Assembly (NCBI GenBank): GCA_021841155.1
Contig: JAKBVU010000001.1
Span: 10,112-74,111 of the forward strand
Reading direction: 5' to 3'
DNA: 64,000 nucleotides
From: a bacterium
GTDB lineage: Bacteria > Patescibacteriota > Saccharimonadia > Saccharimonadales > UBA4665
In this document: in pieces, positions 1-9,542 of the stretch
Layout: each line of letters begins with the position of its first letter
Position numbering within the stretch: position 1 is the stretch's first letter
Position numbers and translations under genes: made by a program
Notes under the pieces: generated by a model
The model's database searches: none
What the model was told of the DNA's origin: nothing
Seen by the model: the letters and a program-made list of their open reading frames with translations, nothing else

Positions 1-350
1 AATTTCTTTCTTTCTTTATCTCTTGAATCTCGACTTAATAAATCGGCTCTTTTTAATGTATTTTTAAAATCAGCATTTAAACTAACTAATGATTTAGCAA
101 TAGCCAATTGACTGGCCTCAATTTGACCATTTTTACCACCACCTTTAACTAATATTGAAACGTCATACTTACTCATAATATCTAAAACAATAAAAGGTTG
201 TAAAATTTTATTAATCAAAGGTTTAGAACTAGTAACATATTCGTTATAGTCTTGACCATTAATTATAATTTTACCACTACCTTTATGTAATCTTGCGCGA
301 GCAGTTGCTGACTTTCTTCTACCTAAAGCGTAAAAATATTGATCTTTCAT
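1..350 (-). CDS. rpsI: 30S ribosomal protein S9 (3' end lies beyond the left window edge)
   Basis: Not in the ORF track. My minus-strand translation from ATG 350..348 gives MKDQYFYALGRRKSATARARLHKGSGKIIINGQDYNEY..., the GRRK-A-A S9 N-terminus. The ATG shares one base with the rplM stop. Order matches the conserved rplM-rpsI pair. Confidence 0.9.
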   Translation of the reverse strand, partial: MKDQYFYALGRRKSATARARLHKGSGKIIINGQDYNEYVTSSKPLINKILQPFIVLDIMSKYDVSILVKGGGKNGQIEASQLAIAKSLVSLNADFKNTLKRADLLSRDSRDKERKK

Positions 351-793
351 TAATTAGTTCCTTTCAAAGAAATAATTTCTGGATTTTGTGGTTGATGAAG
401 GTGATTTGAATCTTTGTAAACTTTTAATCGTAGTAAACGGGCGTCTCTTAATTTATTAATTGGAAGCATACCTCTAATGGAATGAATAATAATCTTAGTA
501 GAATCTTTATCAAGTTGTTGTTCTAAAGTAACTTCTTTTAAATTACCCGGATAACCACTGTGTCGATAATATTTTTTGTCAGTCAATTTCTTACCAGTTA
601 CTTTTAATTGATCAGCGTTAATTACAATTAAATAATCGCCACAATCAATATGCTTAGTAAAAATTGATTTATTTTTTCCAGTTAATATATTAGCTGCAAT
701 GGTTGATAAACGACCCAAAGTAGTTTCAGAAGCATCAATTATATACCATTTTCGAGTTACGTCTTGTGGCTTAGCGCTATAAGTTCTATTCAT
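350..793 (-). CDS. rplM: 50S ribosomal protein L13
   Basis: 147-aa ORF with KWYIIDA...LGRLSTIAANILTGK, typical of the L13 N-terminus. It lies directly upstream of rpsI. Confidence 0.93.
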   Translation of the reverse strand: MNRTYSAKPQDVTRKWYIIDASETTLGRLSTIAANILTGKNKSIFTKHIDCGDYLIVINADQLKVTGKKLTDKKYYRHSGYPGNLKEVTLEQQLDKDSTKIIIHSIRGMLPINKLRDARLLRLKVYKDSNHLHQPQNPEIISLKGTN

Positions 794-1263
794 TATGCTT
801 TATCCTTTTGAGATTTAACTACTTTAGGAGTACTTTTAACAGTTGGTTGAGGTTTAACATCTTTTACGGTTGAAACTTGTTCAACAATATCATCAATTAA
901 ATTAATCTCATCAACAAATGAAATTCTAGCCATTTGAGCATTATCGCCGATTCGATTCTTGGTTTTTTTGATTCTTAAATAACCACTTGTTCTGCTTTGT
1001 AATTGAGGTACAATTTGATCCATTAATTTATGAGCACTTTCCAGAGTTTGTAATCGAGAAATCACTATTCTTCGACTCTGTAAATCTTGTTTTTTGGCTC
1101 TAGTGATTAATTTTTCAACATAAGGTCTAATTTCTTTTGCCTTATAAAGTGATGTTTCTATCGAACCATACTTGACTAACGAATCAGCTAAACCTTTAAT
1201 TAAAGCTTGACGTTGATCTGTTTTTCGATGAAATTTTCTTCCTTGATAACCGTGACGATGCAT
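793..1263 (-). CDS. rplQ: 50S ribosomal protein L17
   Basis: 156-aa ORF starting MHRHGYQGRKFHRKTDQRQAL, an L17 N-terminus. It follows rpoA as in the alpha operon. It has a K/V/P-rich C-terminal extension. Confidence 0.92.
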   Translation of the reverse strand: MHRHGYQGRKFHRKTDQRQALIKGLADSLVKYGSIETSLYKAKEIRPYVEKLITRAKKQDLQSRRIVISRLQTLESAHKLMDQIVPQLQSRTSGYLRIKKTKNRIGDNAQMARISFVDEINLIDDIVEQVSTVKDVKPQPTVKSTPKVVKSQKDKA

Positions 1264-1264
1264 T

Positions 1265-2221
1265 TTATAACTCCAATTCGGATAATTTATCTTTTACTTC
1301 ATCAAGTGCACGACTTCCGAAACCCTTAAGATCTTTTAATTCAGCATCATTTAAGCTAAATAAATCTTTAATGGTATGAATTTCATTATTAATTAAAGCA
1401 TTGGTGGTTCTGGCTGATAAATTTAAATCTTCAATAGAGGTATTTAAAACACCGTCTTCTTCATCATCTTGAGTATTTTCATCATTATCTAGGTTTTCAA
1501 CCGAAGAATTAATTTCGATTGGCTTCGACTCAACTCTTGTTTTACCAGCTAAAGCAGTATATTGATTAATTAAAATAGCGGCGGCTTCTTCAAAAGCATC
1601 ACGAGGACTAATAGTTCCATCGGTATCAATAGTAATAATTAATTTATCAAGATCAGTAGCTTCACCAACACGAGTATTTTCAACTTTATACCTAACCCTT
1701 AAAACAGGACTAAAAATAGCATCTAAAGCAACAGTATCACTTGGTTTCTTTTCTGAACTTTCTTCAATCGTTCGATAACCACGACCGATTTCGACATTTA
1801 AATCAATCACAAGTTCGGTATTATCATTATCAATAGTTGCGATAAAATGATCTGGATTTACAACTTCAACATCAGCATTTGATTCAATCTGACGACATGT
1901 GACATCACCCTTACCTTTTTTAATTAATCTTAATGTCTGTTTTTCTTCGCCGTAGACTTTTAACTTAATGCCCTTAATATTTTGCATAATATCAATTGCG
2001 TCTTCAACTACACCAGGCATATCGGTAAATTCATGGCTAACACCTTGAATCTTAAACGAAGTAACAGCTGCACCAGAAATACTTGATATTAAAACACGTC
2101 TTAACGAATTACCTAGTGTATTTCCATATCCACTATGCAAAGGCTCTATGATAAAAGTAGCACTAGTTTCGTTATGTTCTTTAACGTCTACTATATTGGC
2201 GGTATAAATATTATTTGACAT
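1265..2221 (-). CDS. rpoA: DNA-directed RNA polymerase subunit alpha
   Basis: ORF track gives 1265..2254. I prefer ATG 2221 (MSNNIYTANIV...), preceded by GGAAGGAAAG and lying downstream of the rpsD stop at 2235. Alpha NTD plus CTD (LNLSARTTNALINNEIHTIKDL). An acidic linker, VENLDNDENTQDDEEDG, is encoded at 1451..1501. Confidence 0.92.
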   Translation of the reverse strand: MSNNIYTANIVDVKEHNETSATFIIEPLHSGYGNTLGNSLRRVLISSISGAAVTSFKIQGVSHEFTDMPGVVEDAIDIMQNIKGIKLKVYGEEKQTLRLIKKGKGDVTCRQIESNADVEVVNPDHFIATIDNDNTELVIDLNVEIGRGYRTIEESSEKKPSDTVALDAIFSPVLRVRYKVENTRVGEATDLDKLIITIDTDGTISPRDAFEEAAAILINQYTALAGKTRVESKPIEINSSVENLDNDENTQDDEEDGVLNTSIEDLNLSARTTNALINNEIHTIKDLFSLNDAELKDLKGFGSRALDEVKDKLSELEL

Positions 2222-2234
2222 ACTTTCCTTCCTA

Positions 2235-2855
2235 TTATCTTGAGTAATATTCAACTATTAATTGTTCATTGATATCAACTTCAGCATTGTCTCTTACAGG
2301 CAATGATGAAACTTCAATTTCGAATTTCTTACGGTTAACTTTTAACCAATCAGGTATTTCACTTGGTACTGGGGACAAATCATCAATATGAAGAAAATAA
2401 CTAGATTTTTTAGATTTTTCACGAAGGCTTAATTTATCACCAACTTTTAATCTAATTGATGGAATATCAACTCTTCTACCATTTAATAGAAAATGACCAT
2501 GGCTAACTAATTGACGAGCTGCCTTACGACTACTAGCGAAACCAGATCGGTAAACAGAGTTATCTAATCGTCGTTCTAATAATTCTAATAATGCCACACC
2601 AGAATTAGCCCTGCTTTTAGAAGCTTCTTTCATTAAATTAGAAAACTGCTTTTCCAACAATCCGTAGATTCTTTTAACTTTTTGTTTTTCGCGTAATTGA
2701 ATAGAATATTGACTACCCTTGCCTGTATGAAGTCGTCCGTTCGAATTATAGCCAGGTAAAACATTATGCTTCACTAAACCCTTATGAGCTTTAGGATGAA
2801 GTGCATAGCCTTCACGACGGCTCATTTTAACAACTGATTGAAGATTTCGTGCCAT
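2235..2855 (-). CDS. rpsD: 30S ribosomal protein S4
   Basis: ORF track gives 2235..2894. ATG 2855 (MARNLQSVVKMSRREG...) has AAGGAG 8 nt upstream and starts 1 nt after the rpsK stop. S4 domain present (ARQLVSHGHFLLNGRRVDIPS). Confidence 0.93.
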   Translation of the reverse strand: MARNLQSVVKMSRREGYALHPKAHKGLVKHNVLPGYNSNGRLHTGKGSQYSIQLREKQKVKRIYGLLEKQFSNLMKEASKSRANSGVALLELLERRLDNSVYRSGFASSRKAARQLVSHGHFLLNGRRVDIPSIRLKVGDKLSLREKSKKSSYFLHIDDLSPVPSEIPDWLKVNRKKFEIEVSSLPVRDNAEVDINEQLIVEYYSR

Positions 2856-2856
2856 C

Positions 2857-3243
2857 TTAGACTCTCCTTGCTTTCTTAGGTCGTACACCACCATGCGGGA
2901 TACCAGTTACATCAGTAATTGATTCAACAAATATATCTAAACTAGCTAAAGCTCTAACCGCCGAATCTCTTCCTAAACCAATACCTTTAATAAAAACACT
3001 GGCTTTAGTTAATCCAAATGATTGTTTAGCTGTAGTAGCAGCTTTTTCAGCAGCTACTTGAGCAGCATAAGCTGTACCTTTTTTTGAACCTCTAAAACCA
3101 CAAGCACCAGCACTGCAAGATGAAATAACATTGCCTTTTTGATCGCAAATACTTACGATAGTATTATTAAAAGACGCCATAACATGCACTTCACCAGTTG
3201 GTACAGATTTTTTAACTTTTTTCTTCTTAATATTATCAGCCAT
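2857..3243 (-). CDS. rpsK: 30S ribosomal protein S11
   Basis: 128-aa ORF with [12 protein letters not shown]...[19 protein letters not shown], an S11 signature. AAAGGA SD. Position between rpsM and rpsD. Confidence 0.94.
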   Translation of the reverse strand: MADNIKKKKVKKSVPTGEVHVMASFNNTIVSICDQKGNVISSCSAGACGFRGSKKGTAYAAQVAAEKAATTAKQSFGLTKASVFIKGIGLGRDSAVRALASLDIFVESITDVTGIPHGGVRPKKARRV

Positions 3244-3262
3244 ATAAATAATCCTTTAAAAA

Positions 3263-3649
3263 TTAAGTTTTCGATGCAACTTTTTTAGCTGTACCGCCAA
3301 CCGTTACTCTTCGTCCTCTTCTGGTTCGAGCATTAGTTTTGGTTCTTTGTCCTCTAGTCGGTAAATTGGCTGAATGTCTTAAACCTCGATAACTTTTAAT
3401 ATCTTTTAATCGTTTAATATTGCCGCTAACAATCCGTTGAAGTTCACCTTCAACAACATAATCTTTATTAATAATGTCCTGTATTTTAGTAATTTCATTT
3501 TCGGTTAAGTTTTTAGTTCTAGTAGTAGGTTCAATCGAAGCTTGAGATAAAATTTTTTGAGAGGTATTAAGACCAATTCCATAAACATATGTTAAAGAAA
3601 TCTGTATTTGTTTTTCATTCGGTATAGTAACACCAGATATTCTAGCCAT
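3263..3649 (-). CDS. rpsM: 30S ribosomal protein S13
   Basis: 128-aa ORF starting [26 protein letters not shown], an S13 N-terminus. Position between rpmJ and rpsK. Confidence 0.94.
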   Translation of the reverse strand: MARISGVTIPNEKQIQISLTYVYGIGLNTSQKILSQASIEPTTRTKNLTENEITKIQDIINKDYVVEGELQRIVSGNIKRLKDIKSYRGLRHSANLPTRGQRTKTNARTRRGRRVTVGGTAKKVASKT

Positions 3650-3651
3650 GA

Positions 3652-3768
3652 TTAACCCTGCCTCTGCTTATGTTTAGGTTTTAATTTGTTTATAACATAC
3701 AGTCGACCTTTACGTCGAACAATCTTATCATCAGGACTGATTTTTTTAACACTTGCACGCACCTTCAT
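3652..3768 (-). CDS. rpmJ: 50S ribosomal protein L36
   Basis: Absent from the ORF track because it is too short. My minus-strand translation from ATG 3768..3766 to TAA 3654..3652 is [38 protein letters not shown] (38 aa), a textbook L36. It sits in the canonical infA-rpmJ-rpsM position. Confidence 0.92.
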   Translation of the reverse strand: MKVRASVKKISPDDKIVRRKGRLYVINKLKPKHKQRQG

Positions 3769-3812
3769 GCGGATCACTATACCTTTCTTAGCAATAATGA
3801 CACACTGCTTAT

Positions 3813-4034
3813 TTAAGTTTTACGATATGTTATACGTCCTTTAGATAAATCATAAGGAGTTAACTCGACTGTCACGCTATCACCTGGAACAATTTTTATA
3901 AAATGCTTTCTCATCTTTCCAGCAACGTGAGCAATTATTATATGGCCGTTTTCTAATTCTACTTTAAATTGAGTACCGGGTAAAGTCTCAGTAACTGTAC
4001 CAGATAATTCAATCAATTCCTTATTAACTGCCAT
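3813..4034 (-). CDS. infA: Translation initiation factor IF-1
   Basis: 73-aa ORF with [42 protein letters not shown], the S1-like IF-1 fold sequence. Canonical position upstream of rpmJ. Confidence 0.94.
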   Translation of the reverse strand: MAVNKELIELSGTVTETLPGTQFKVELENGHIIIAHVAGKMRKHFIKIVPGDSVTVELTPYDLSKGRITYRKT

Positions 4035-4048
4035 AAATATAATAATTA

Positions 4049-4076
4049 ATTATAGCATTAATAAATATAATGTAAA
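4049..4076 (-). promoter_or_regulatory. Putative sigma-70-type promoter of infA-rpmJ-rpsM...
   Basis: Coding strand reads TTTACA (4076..4071), a 16-nt spacer, then TATAAT (4054..4049). There are 14 nt to the infA ATG and no Shine-Dalgarno, so the leader would be very short. Confidence 0.5.
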
Positions 4077-4151
4077 GAAAAAATCTTTTAATAACTATTT
4101 ATTATAATTATACTAATCTTTTTTTTAAAAAAATTCAATACTTACTAATAA

Positions 4152-5645
4152 TTAATCTATGAACTTATTTTTTTTGCCAAATAAACCAAATAGCTTTTTT
4201 TTAGTTTTTGGCTCGATAGCTTCATCGTCGTGAAAAAAGCCACTATCAGTATAGTTATCATAAGTAACCATAATAGCTCTTGATTCAATTGCTCTTAAGG
4301 TTTGTAGAGCTACCGACACTAAAATCAAAATACTTGTACCACCAATCGTAATACTAACAGGAATAAATATCTGAGCAATAATAGGCATTAAGGCTAGAAT
4401 ACCTAAACTTAATGCTCCAAACAATGTTAAACGATTAACTACTCTAGATAAATATTTTTCAGTTTGTTTGCCAGATCTAATACCTTCAATAAAGCCACCC
4501 TGTTTATCAAGATTTTCAGCTATCTCCTGTGCATTGAAAGAAATTGAAGTATAAAAAAAAGTAAACAAAAAAACTAACAAAAAGTAAACTACTGGATATA
4601 TGTAGGCGTCTAAACCTTCAGTTTTAAAGCTTGTTGGTGTTGGCGCTGAAAACCAAGTTGTCAATTTAATACCTAGATTAGCTAGATTCACACTGTGTAG
4701 TCCTTGCAAAACTTGACCTATAAAACTTGGCACACTTAAAAAAGCCACCGCAAAAATAATTGGAATAACTCCAGCCGTAATTAGTTTCACCGGCAAGGTC
4801 GTAGTGACACCACCATAGGCACGATTACCTTGAACCTTTTTAGCATAGCTGACTTTTAAATTTCTAGACGCCTCATTGAGCATCACAACCAGATAAGTCA
4901 CTAATAGAATTAATCCAACTGTTATAATAAGGTAATAAAAGCTGGTCCTAGAAAAAGGTAATTTAACATGACTAAAAATAACCCAATTAGCTTTTTTACC
5001 AACCGAATTAACAATACTAGCAATATTGTAAGGTAACTGAGAAACAATACTAACCGTAATAATTAAAGAGATACCGTTACCAATACTTTGTTCCGTAATT
5101 AATTCACCCAACCACATCAACAACATTGATCCACCCGTCAATGCACTAACCATTAAAATCCATTGCATTAAAGATGCGTTAGCGGTTATACTACTGGCCC
5201 CACTAATCGATGAAGCCGCTTGTCTGATTAAAAAGATCGAACCAATCGATTGGATAATAGCTAAGGGGAAAGTTAAAATTCTAGTATATTGATTAATTTT
5301 ATTCTGACCAGATTCACCATCTTTATGTAAAGCTTCAAGCTTTGGTATAGCTCTGGTTAATAGCTGCATAATAATAGAGGCATTAATATAAGGACCAACG
5401 CCAGCAATCATAATTGAAAAATTAGCTAAGGCTCCACCAGATAAGACGTTGATAAAGCTTAATAATTGGGGTGAACTTTTAGAATTAAATAAATTTTGTA
5501 AAATCTGATGTGTAGTTTGAGCATTAGCAATAGGCACTGGAACTTGAGCCAAAATTCTAAAAACAATTAAAATACCAATAACAGCCAAGATACGATTTCT
5601 CATATCTTTTTCTTTTAAAGATTTCCAGATAACGCGCCAATTCAT
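4152..5645 (-). CDS. secY: Preprotein translocase subunit SecY
   Basis: 497-aa multi-pass membrane ORF downstream of rplO at the end of the spc operon. Typical SecY helices (ILAVIGILIVFRIL...). Lys-rich C-terminal extension. Confidence 0.92.
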   Translation of the reverse strand: MNWRVIWKSLKEKDMRNRILAVIGILIVFRILAQVPVPIANAQTTHQILQNLFNSKSSPQLLSFINVLSGGALANFSIMIAGVGPYINASIIMQLLTRAIPKLEALHKDGESGQNKINQYTRILTFPLAIIQSIGSIFLIRQAASSISGASSITANASLMQWILMVSALTGGSMLLMWLGELITEQSIGNGISLIITVSIVSQLPYNIASIVNSVGKKANWVIFSHVKLPFSRTSFYYLIITVGLILLVTYLVVMLNEASRNLKVSYAKKVQGNRAYGGVTTTLPVKLITAGVIPIIFAVAFLSVPSFIGQVLQGLHSVNLANLGIKLTTWFSAPTPTSFKTEGLDAYIYPVVYFLLVFLFTFFYTSISFNAQEIAENLDKQGGFIEGIRSGKQTEKYLSRVVNRLTLFGALSLGILALMPIIAQIFIPVSITIGGTSILILVSVALQTLRAIESRAIMVTYDNYTDSGFFHDDEAIEPKTKKKLFGLFGKKNKFID

Positions 5646-5679
5646 AATTTAAAGATATTACCCTCTTAGATTCAAAATT

Positions 5680-6144
5680 TTATTGATTTGACTTTTTTTC
5701 TCTAGCCAGTCTTTCAACTTTAACGAACTGACCCCCTTTCGATTCAAGACTTTCAATAGCTTGTTGGCTAGCGCCATTTAAACTAACTGTCATCTTTTTG
5801 TCGATAGGAGTAGACATGACTAATTTAACTTTAACATAAGGACTAGAAATCAATCCAGCTTGATGTAAAATCAACGTATTAATTTGAGCTTTAGCTAACT
5901 TATTTAGTTGTCCAGTTTTTACAATTTCTGGTTTAACTAAATGACTACGGAAACCAGGCAACTTAGGTAATTGTTGCAATAAAGGATTACTTCCACCACT
6001 AAAACCTGGTCTTAGTTTTTTTCCAGTACGAGATTTTTGTCCTTTAGTACCACGACCAGCTGTTTTACCTTGACCACTGGAAATACCTCGACCGACTCGT
6101 TTAATTTTTTTTTGTTTATCTGATTCAAGTTGATTATATTTCAT
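5680..6144 (-). CDS. rplO: 50S ribosomal protein L15
   Basis: 154-aa ORF with GRGISSGQGKTAGRGTKGQKSR, an L15 signature. Its start overlaps the rpsE stop by 4 nt, leaving no room for rpmD. Confidence 0.93.
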   Translation of the reverse strand: MKYNQLESDKQKKIKRVGRGISSGQGKTAGRGTKGQKSRTGKKLRPGFSGGSNPLLQQLPKLPGFRSHLVKPEIVKTGQLNKLAKAQINTLILHQAGLISSPYVKVKLVMSTPIDKKMTVSLNGASQQAIESLESKGGQFVKVERLAREKKSNQ

Positions 6145-6677
6145 TTTTTAGCTCCAACACTGGTTTTTTTCTTAACATGTAATTGATCGTTTACCAACCA
6201 CTGATCTTTTGGAACTAATTGAGTTAAAGCTTTCAAAGTAGCATAAGACATATTAATTTTATTAGATGAACCTAAGGATTTAGACACAATATTATTAATA
6301 CCAGCTAATTCAAGAATACTTCTGACTACTCCACCGGCTATTAAACCTCTACCGCTAGGTGCAGGTTTCAATAAAATGACTGCTCCACCTTTTTTAGATT
6401 GAATTTCATGAGGAATTGTTTCGTTCTGAATAGCTACAGTAATAATATTTTTCTTGGCAGTAGCGCTTGCTTTAGTAATAGCGGCTGTGACATCAGCACC
6501 TTTGGCTATACCGATGCCTACTTGACCTCGACTGTCACCAACCACAACTAAAGCTCGAAAGCGGAACCGTCGTCCACCTTTAACTACCCTAGCAATTCGA
6601 TCAATATCTAGAGTTCTTTCTTGCCAGATAATTTCTTCAGTAATATCTGATTGATTTTCTTTTAGATTACTAACCAT
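6141..6677 (-). CDS. rpsE: 30S ribosomal protein S5
   Basis: 178-aa ORF with RVVKGGRRFRFRALVVVGDSRGQVGIGIAKGADV, an S5 signature. Follows rplR. Confidence 0.94.
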   Translation of the reverse strand: MVSNLKENQSDITEEIIWQERTLDIDRIARVVKGGRRFRFRALVVVGDSRGQVGIGIAKGADVTAAITKASATAKKNIITVAIQNETIPHEIQSKKGGAVILLKPAPSGRGLIAGGVVRSILELAGINNIVSKSLGSSNKINMSYATLKALTQLVPKDQWLVNDQLHVKKKTSVGAKK

Positions 6678-7033
6678 TAGAATTCCAATCCTTTCGCACG
6701 TGCAGCTTCAGCCAATTCTTTAACTCTTCCGTGATAAATTTTATAACCTCGATCAAAAACAACTTGTTTAATATTGTTTTTTAAAGCTTTATCGGCAATA
6801 TTTTGACCAATCAATTGAGATTTTTTCGTCAAGTTACCACTAAGCTTTTTATTTCCAATACTAGTAGAGTAAGCGATAGTATGGTGTAAGTCATCGTCAA
6901 TCAATTGAGCACTAACATGTCTTAAAGAGATATTAATACTAAGTCTTGGGACTTGAGCCGTACCATGCAATTTAGCACGAGTTCTTTTTAACCTTAGATG
7001 ACGGTGTTCTAATTTAGTTTGCAGATTTTTCAT
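6677..7033 (-). CDS. rplR: 50S ribosomal protein L18
   Basis: 118-aa ORF with C-terminus VFDRGYKIYHGRVKELAEAARAKGLEF, typical of L18. Position between rplF and rpsE. Confidence 0.93.
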   Translation of the reverse strand: MKNLQTKLEHRHLRLKRTRAKLHGTAQVPRLSINISLRHVSAQLIDDDLHHTIAYSTSIGNKKLSGNLTKKSQLIGQNIADKALKNNIKQVVFDRGYKIYHGRVKELAEAARAKGLEF

Positions 7034-7035
7034 AA

Positions 7036-7575
7036 TTATTTATCCTTACCACTCTTACCGCTTTTACGTATAATAACTTCATCACTATACTTAATACCTT
7101 TACCTTTGTAAGGTTCAGGTTTTTTAAGTTTTCGGATTTCGGCGGCAACTTGGCCGACTTTTTGTTTATCAATTCCGGAAAGAGTAATTGTGTTCTGGTC
7201 GACTGATGCCACAACTCCATCATGCAAAGGATATACGATATCATGAGAAAAACCAAGACTTAGATTTAAGTTATTACCGTTTAATGCCACCTTAAAACCT
7301 ACTCCATTTATTTCTAATTTCTTCGAAAAACCTTCACTTACTCCTATAACCATATTATTTATTAAAGCTCTTGTCAATCCGTGCTTAGCTTTTATACTTA
7401 GTTCATCGTTAACTCTTGTGACAACTATAGTGTTACCATCAACTTGACATTGAATACCATCAAGTAACAAAAGATCTAATTCCCCTTTAGGGCCTTTAAC
7501 TAAAACCTTATTTGAATCAACAGTGATTGTCACACCATTTGGTACTTTAATTGGTAGTTTTCCTATTCGACTCAT
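7036..7575 (-). CDS. rplF: 50S ribosomal protein L6
   Basis: 179-aa ORF starting MSRIGKLPIKVPNGVTI, an L6 N-terminus. AAGGAT SD. Confidence 0.94.
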   Translation of the reverse strand: MSRIGKLPIKVPNGVTITVDSNKVLVKGPKGELDLLLLDGIQCQVDGNTIVVTRVNDELSIKAKHGLTRALINNMVIGVSEGFSKKLEINGVGFKVALNGNNLNLSLGFSHDIVYPLHDGVVASVDQNTITLSGIDKQKVGQVAAEIRKLKKPEPYKGKGIKYSDEVIIRKSGKSGKDK

Positions 7576-7590
7576 CTTATTTTATCCTTA

Positions 7591-7995
7591 TTAATAAATT
7601 TGACACAAAATTTCACCACCGATATTTTTTTTCTTAGCCTCAAAACTTGTCATTATACCTTTTGAAGTAGAAATAATCAAGAAACCTCTTCCTTGTTTCA
7701 CGGTTGGAATATCTTTAGAGTTAACATAAATTCGACGACCGGGTTTAGAGACTCGTTTTAACTCATTAATCCTAGTTTGCTGACTGTCGGCATTAATTTC
7801 AATTAAAATTTGCTTATTAGTCACACCATTATCGATAACCTGATAGTTATCGATCAGTCGATTATCTTTAAAAATCTTTAAAATATCTTCCTTTATTTTA
7901 CTATAAGGAACATTAGTTGTTGATTTATGCACTAAAATAACATTACGAATTCTAGTTAACATGTCTGAAATTGGATCTGTAGTAGTTAAGCTCAT
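7591..7995 (-). CDS. rpsH: 30S ribosomal protein S8
   Basis: 134-aa ORF with DPISDMLTRIRN, an S8 signature. AAGGAG SD. Confidence 0.94.
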   Translation of the reverse strand: MSLTTTDPISDMLTRIRNVILVHKSTTNVPYSKIKEDILKIFKDNRLIDNYQVIDNGVTNKQILIEINADSQQTRINELKRVSKPGRRIYVNSKDIPTVKQGRGFLIISTSKGIMTSFEAKKKNIGGEILCQIY

Positions 7996-8011
7996 ATATT
8001 ATTCTCCTTTT

Positions 8012-8281
8012 TTACCAGCTAGATTTCGTTATACCAGGAATCTCACCTTTTGATGCATGTTCTCGAAATGAAATTCTCGATAATCCAAAACGTCTCATAT
8101 AACCTCTTGATCTACCAGTTTCAATGCAACGATTTGTTAATCTTGTTCTTGATGAATTTCTTGGTAGTTTAGCCAAAGATTCATAATCACCAATTTTTTT
8201 TAACTCAATTCTTTTTTCCGCATATTGAGCAATCATCTTTTTTCTTTTTTCATCTCGAGCAATAATTGATTTTTTAGCCAT
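8012..8281 (-). CDS. rpsN: 30S ribosomal protein S14 (long, non-zinc form)
   Basis: 89-aa ORF with [39 protein letters not shown], an S14 C-terminus lacking the CxxC pairs. AAGGAG SD. Confidence 0.92.
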   Translation of the reverse strand: MAKKSIIARDEKRKKMIAQYAEKRIELKKIGDYESLAKLPRNSSRTRLTNRCIETGRSRGYMRRFGLSRISFREHASKGEIPGITKSSW

Positions 8282-8848
8282 TTACTTATTCTCCTTTACG
8301 AAAGGTATACCGAATTCTCTCATTAAACTTTTATTCATTTCAATATCATGATGATTAAAAACAAAATTAATTTGTAAGCCATGTAAAACTGATGTTTCTT
8401 CAAATGATAACTCTGGAAAAATAGTTTGGTCATGTAAGCCAAGAGAATAATTACCCTGCTTATCGAAGGCTTTATTGCTAATACCATGAAAATCTCTTAA
8501 TCTTGGTAATACTAGATGGATCAATCTATATAGAAAATCATACATATAGTCATTACGAAGAGTGACCTTTAAACCAACTACATTACCTTCTCGTAATTTA
8601 AAACTAGCAATTGATTTTTTGGCTAATTGTTTAACCGGTTTTTGACCGGTAATCTTCAAGAAAGTGTTCTCGGCCACTTCAAGAATCTTTTTATCATCTT
8701 TAGCTGAACCAATACCACTATTAATCACAATTTTAGATAATTTAGTAACCTGATTTTTATTCTTTAAATTAAACTGTTTCATCAAATTAACTAAAATTTC
8801 GTTATTGTAAGTTTCTTTTAAACTCGTAGAAATTTGCTGCTTAGCCAT
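8282..8848 (-). CDS. rplE: 50S ribosomal protein L5
   Basis: 188-aa ORF in the canonical position between rplX and rpsN, with L5-like sequence throughout. Confidence 0.93.
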   Translation of the reverse strand: MAKQQISTSLKETYNNEILVNLMKQFNLKNKNQVTKLSKIVINSGIGSAKDDKKILEVAENTFLKITGQKPVKQLAKKSIASFKLREGNVVGLKVTLRNDYMYDFLYRLIHLVLPRLRDFHGISNKAFDKQGNYSLGLHDQTIFPELSFEETSVLHGLQINFVFNHHDIEMNKSLMREFGIPFVKENK

Positions 8849-9174
8849 TATTTAATTTCCTTATTAGAAGTTTTGTAGTAACGAATTTTTTTGCCACCTT
8901 CTAATCGATAACCAATTCTAGAAACTTTTTTTGTATCTGTATCGAAAATACCAACTTTAGAAACATCAATTGGTTTAGTGATTTCAAGAATTGTACCTTG
9001 AGGGTAGGTGTTATTTGGTTTGAGGTGTTTTTTAACAACATTAATATTTTCAATCGTTACTTGATTTGTTTTAGGATGAGTTTTTAAAATTTTACCGGTC
9101 TTACCTTTGTATTTACCAACTCTAACCATTACAAGATCACCTTTTTTAAGTTTGATTTTATATAAACTTTGCAT
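8848..9174 (-). CDS. rplX: 50S ribosomal protein L24
   Basis: 108-aa ORF with KOW motif KKGDLVMVRVGKYKGKTGKI. Position between rplN and rplE. Confidence 0.93.
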   Translation of the reverse strand: MQSLYKIKLKKGDLVMVRVGKYKGKTGKILKTHPKTNQVTIENINVVKKHLKPNNTYPQGTILEITKPIDVSKVGIFDTDTKKVSRIGYRLEGGKKIRYYKTSNKEIK

Positions 9175-9542
9175 TATAAAACCTCCGGAGCTAAGTTAAT
9201 GATTTTAATATAACCTAGCTCTCTTAATTCACGTGGCACAGGACCGAAAATTCTAGTTGCTTTAGGTAATTTATCATCACCAACAATGACAGCAGCATTA
9301 TCATCAAAAGCAATCGTTGAGCCGTCTGGACGTTTAATTTTATTTCTAGTTCTCACGACAACGGCTTTAACAACTGATTTTTTCTTAACATTGCCATTTG
9401 GTGCAGCTTCTTTAACGGTAGCAACAATCATATCACCAACCCTGGCATATCGTCTTCTAGTTCCACCTAAAACTCTAATGCAGAGAATTTCTTTAGCACC
9501 TGAATTATCACATACATTTAATCTAGTTTCTTGTTGAATCAT
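9174..9542 (-). CDS. rplN: 50S ribosomal protein L14
   Basis: 122-aa ORF starting [18 protein letters not shown], an L14 N-terminus. Confidence 0.95.
   Translation of the reverse strand: MIQQETRLNVCDNSGAKEILCIRVLGGTRRRYARVGDMIVATVKEAAPNGNVKKKSVVKAVVVRTRNKIKRPDGSTIAFDDNAAVIVGDDKLPKATRIFGPVPRELRELGYIKIINLAPEVL

Noticed and set aside
2222-2254. N-terminal extensions of rpoA (to 2254) and rpsD (2856..2894) in the ORF track
   Set aside because: The extensions overlap the preceding genes. The internal ATGs at 2221 and 2855 have strong SDs at correct spacing and give canonical N-termini.
4119-4133. T8A7 palindrome in the secY-infA spacer as a possible secY terminator
   Set aside because: A pure A-U hairpin of this kind would be unstable and has no GC stem. 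It more likely reflects AT-rich spacer composition.
7014-7256. 80-aa ORF in the track overlapping rplF and the rplR start
   Set aside because: It is an alternative frame fully inside well-supported L6 coding sequence. Its composition is low-complexity and it has no SD or promoter. It is a frame artefact of AT-rich DNA.
9286-9537. 83-aa plus-strand ORF antisense to rplN
   Set aside because: It is entirely antisense to a highly conserved L14 gene and has no start context. It is a typical shadow ORF.
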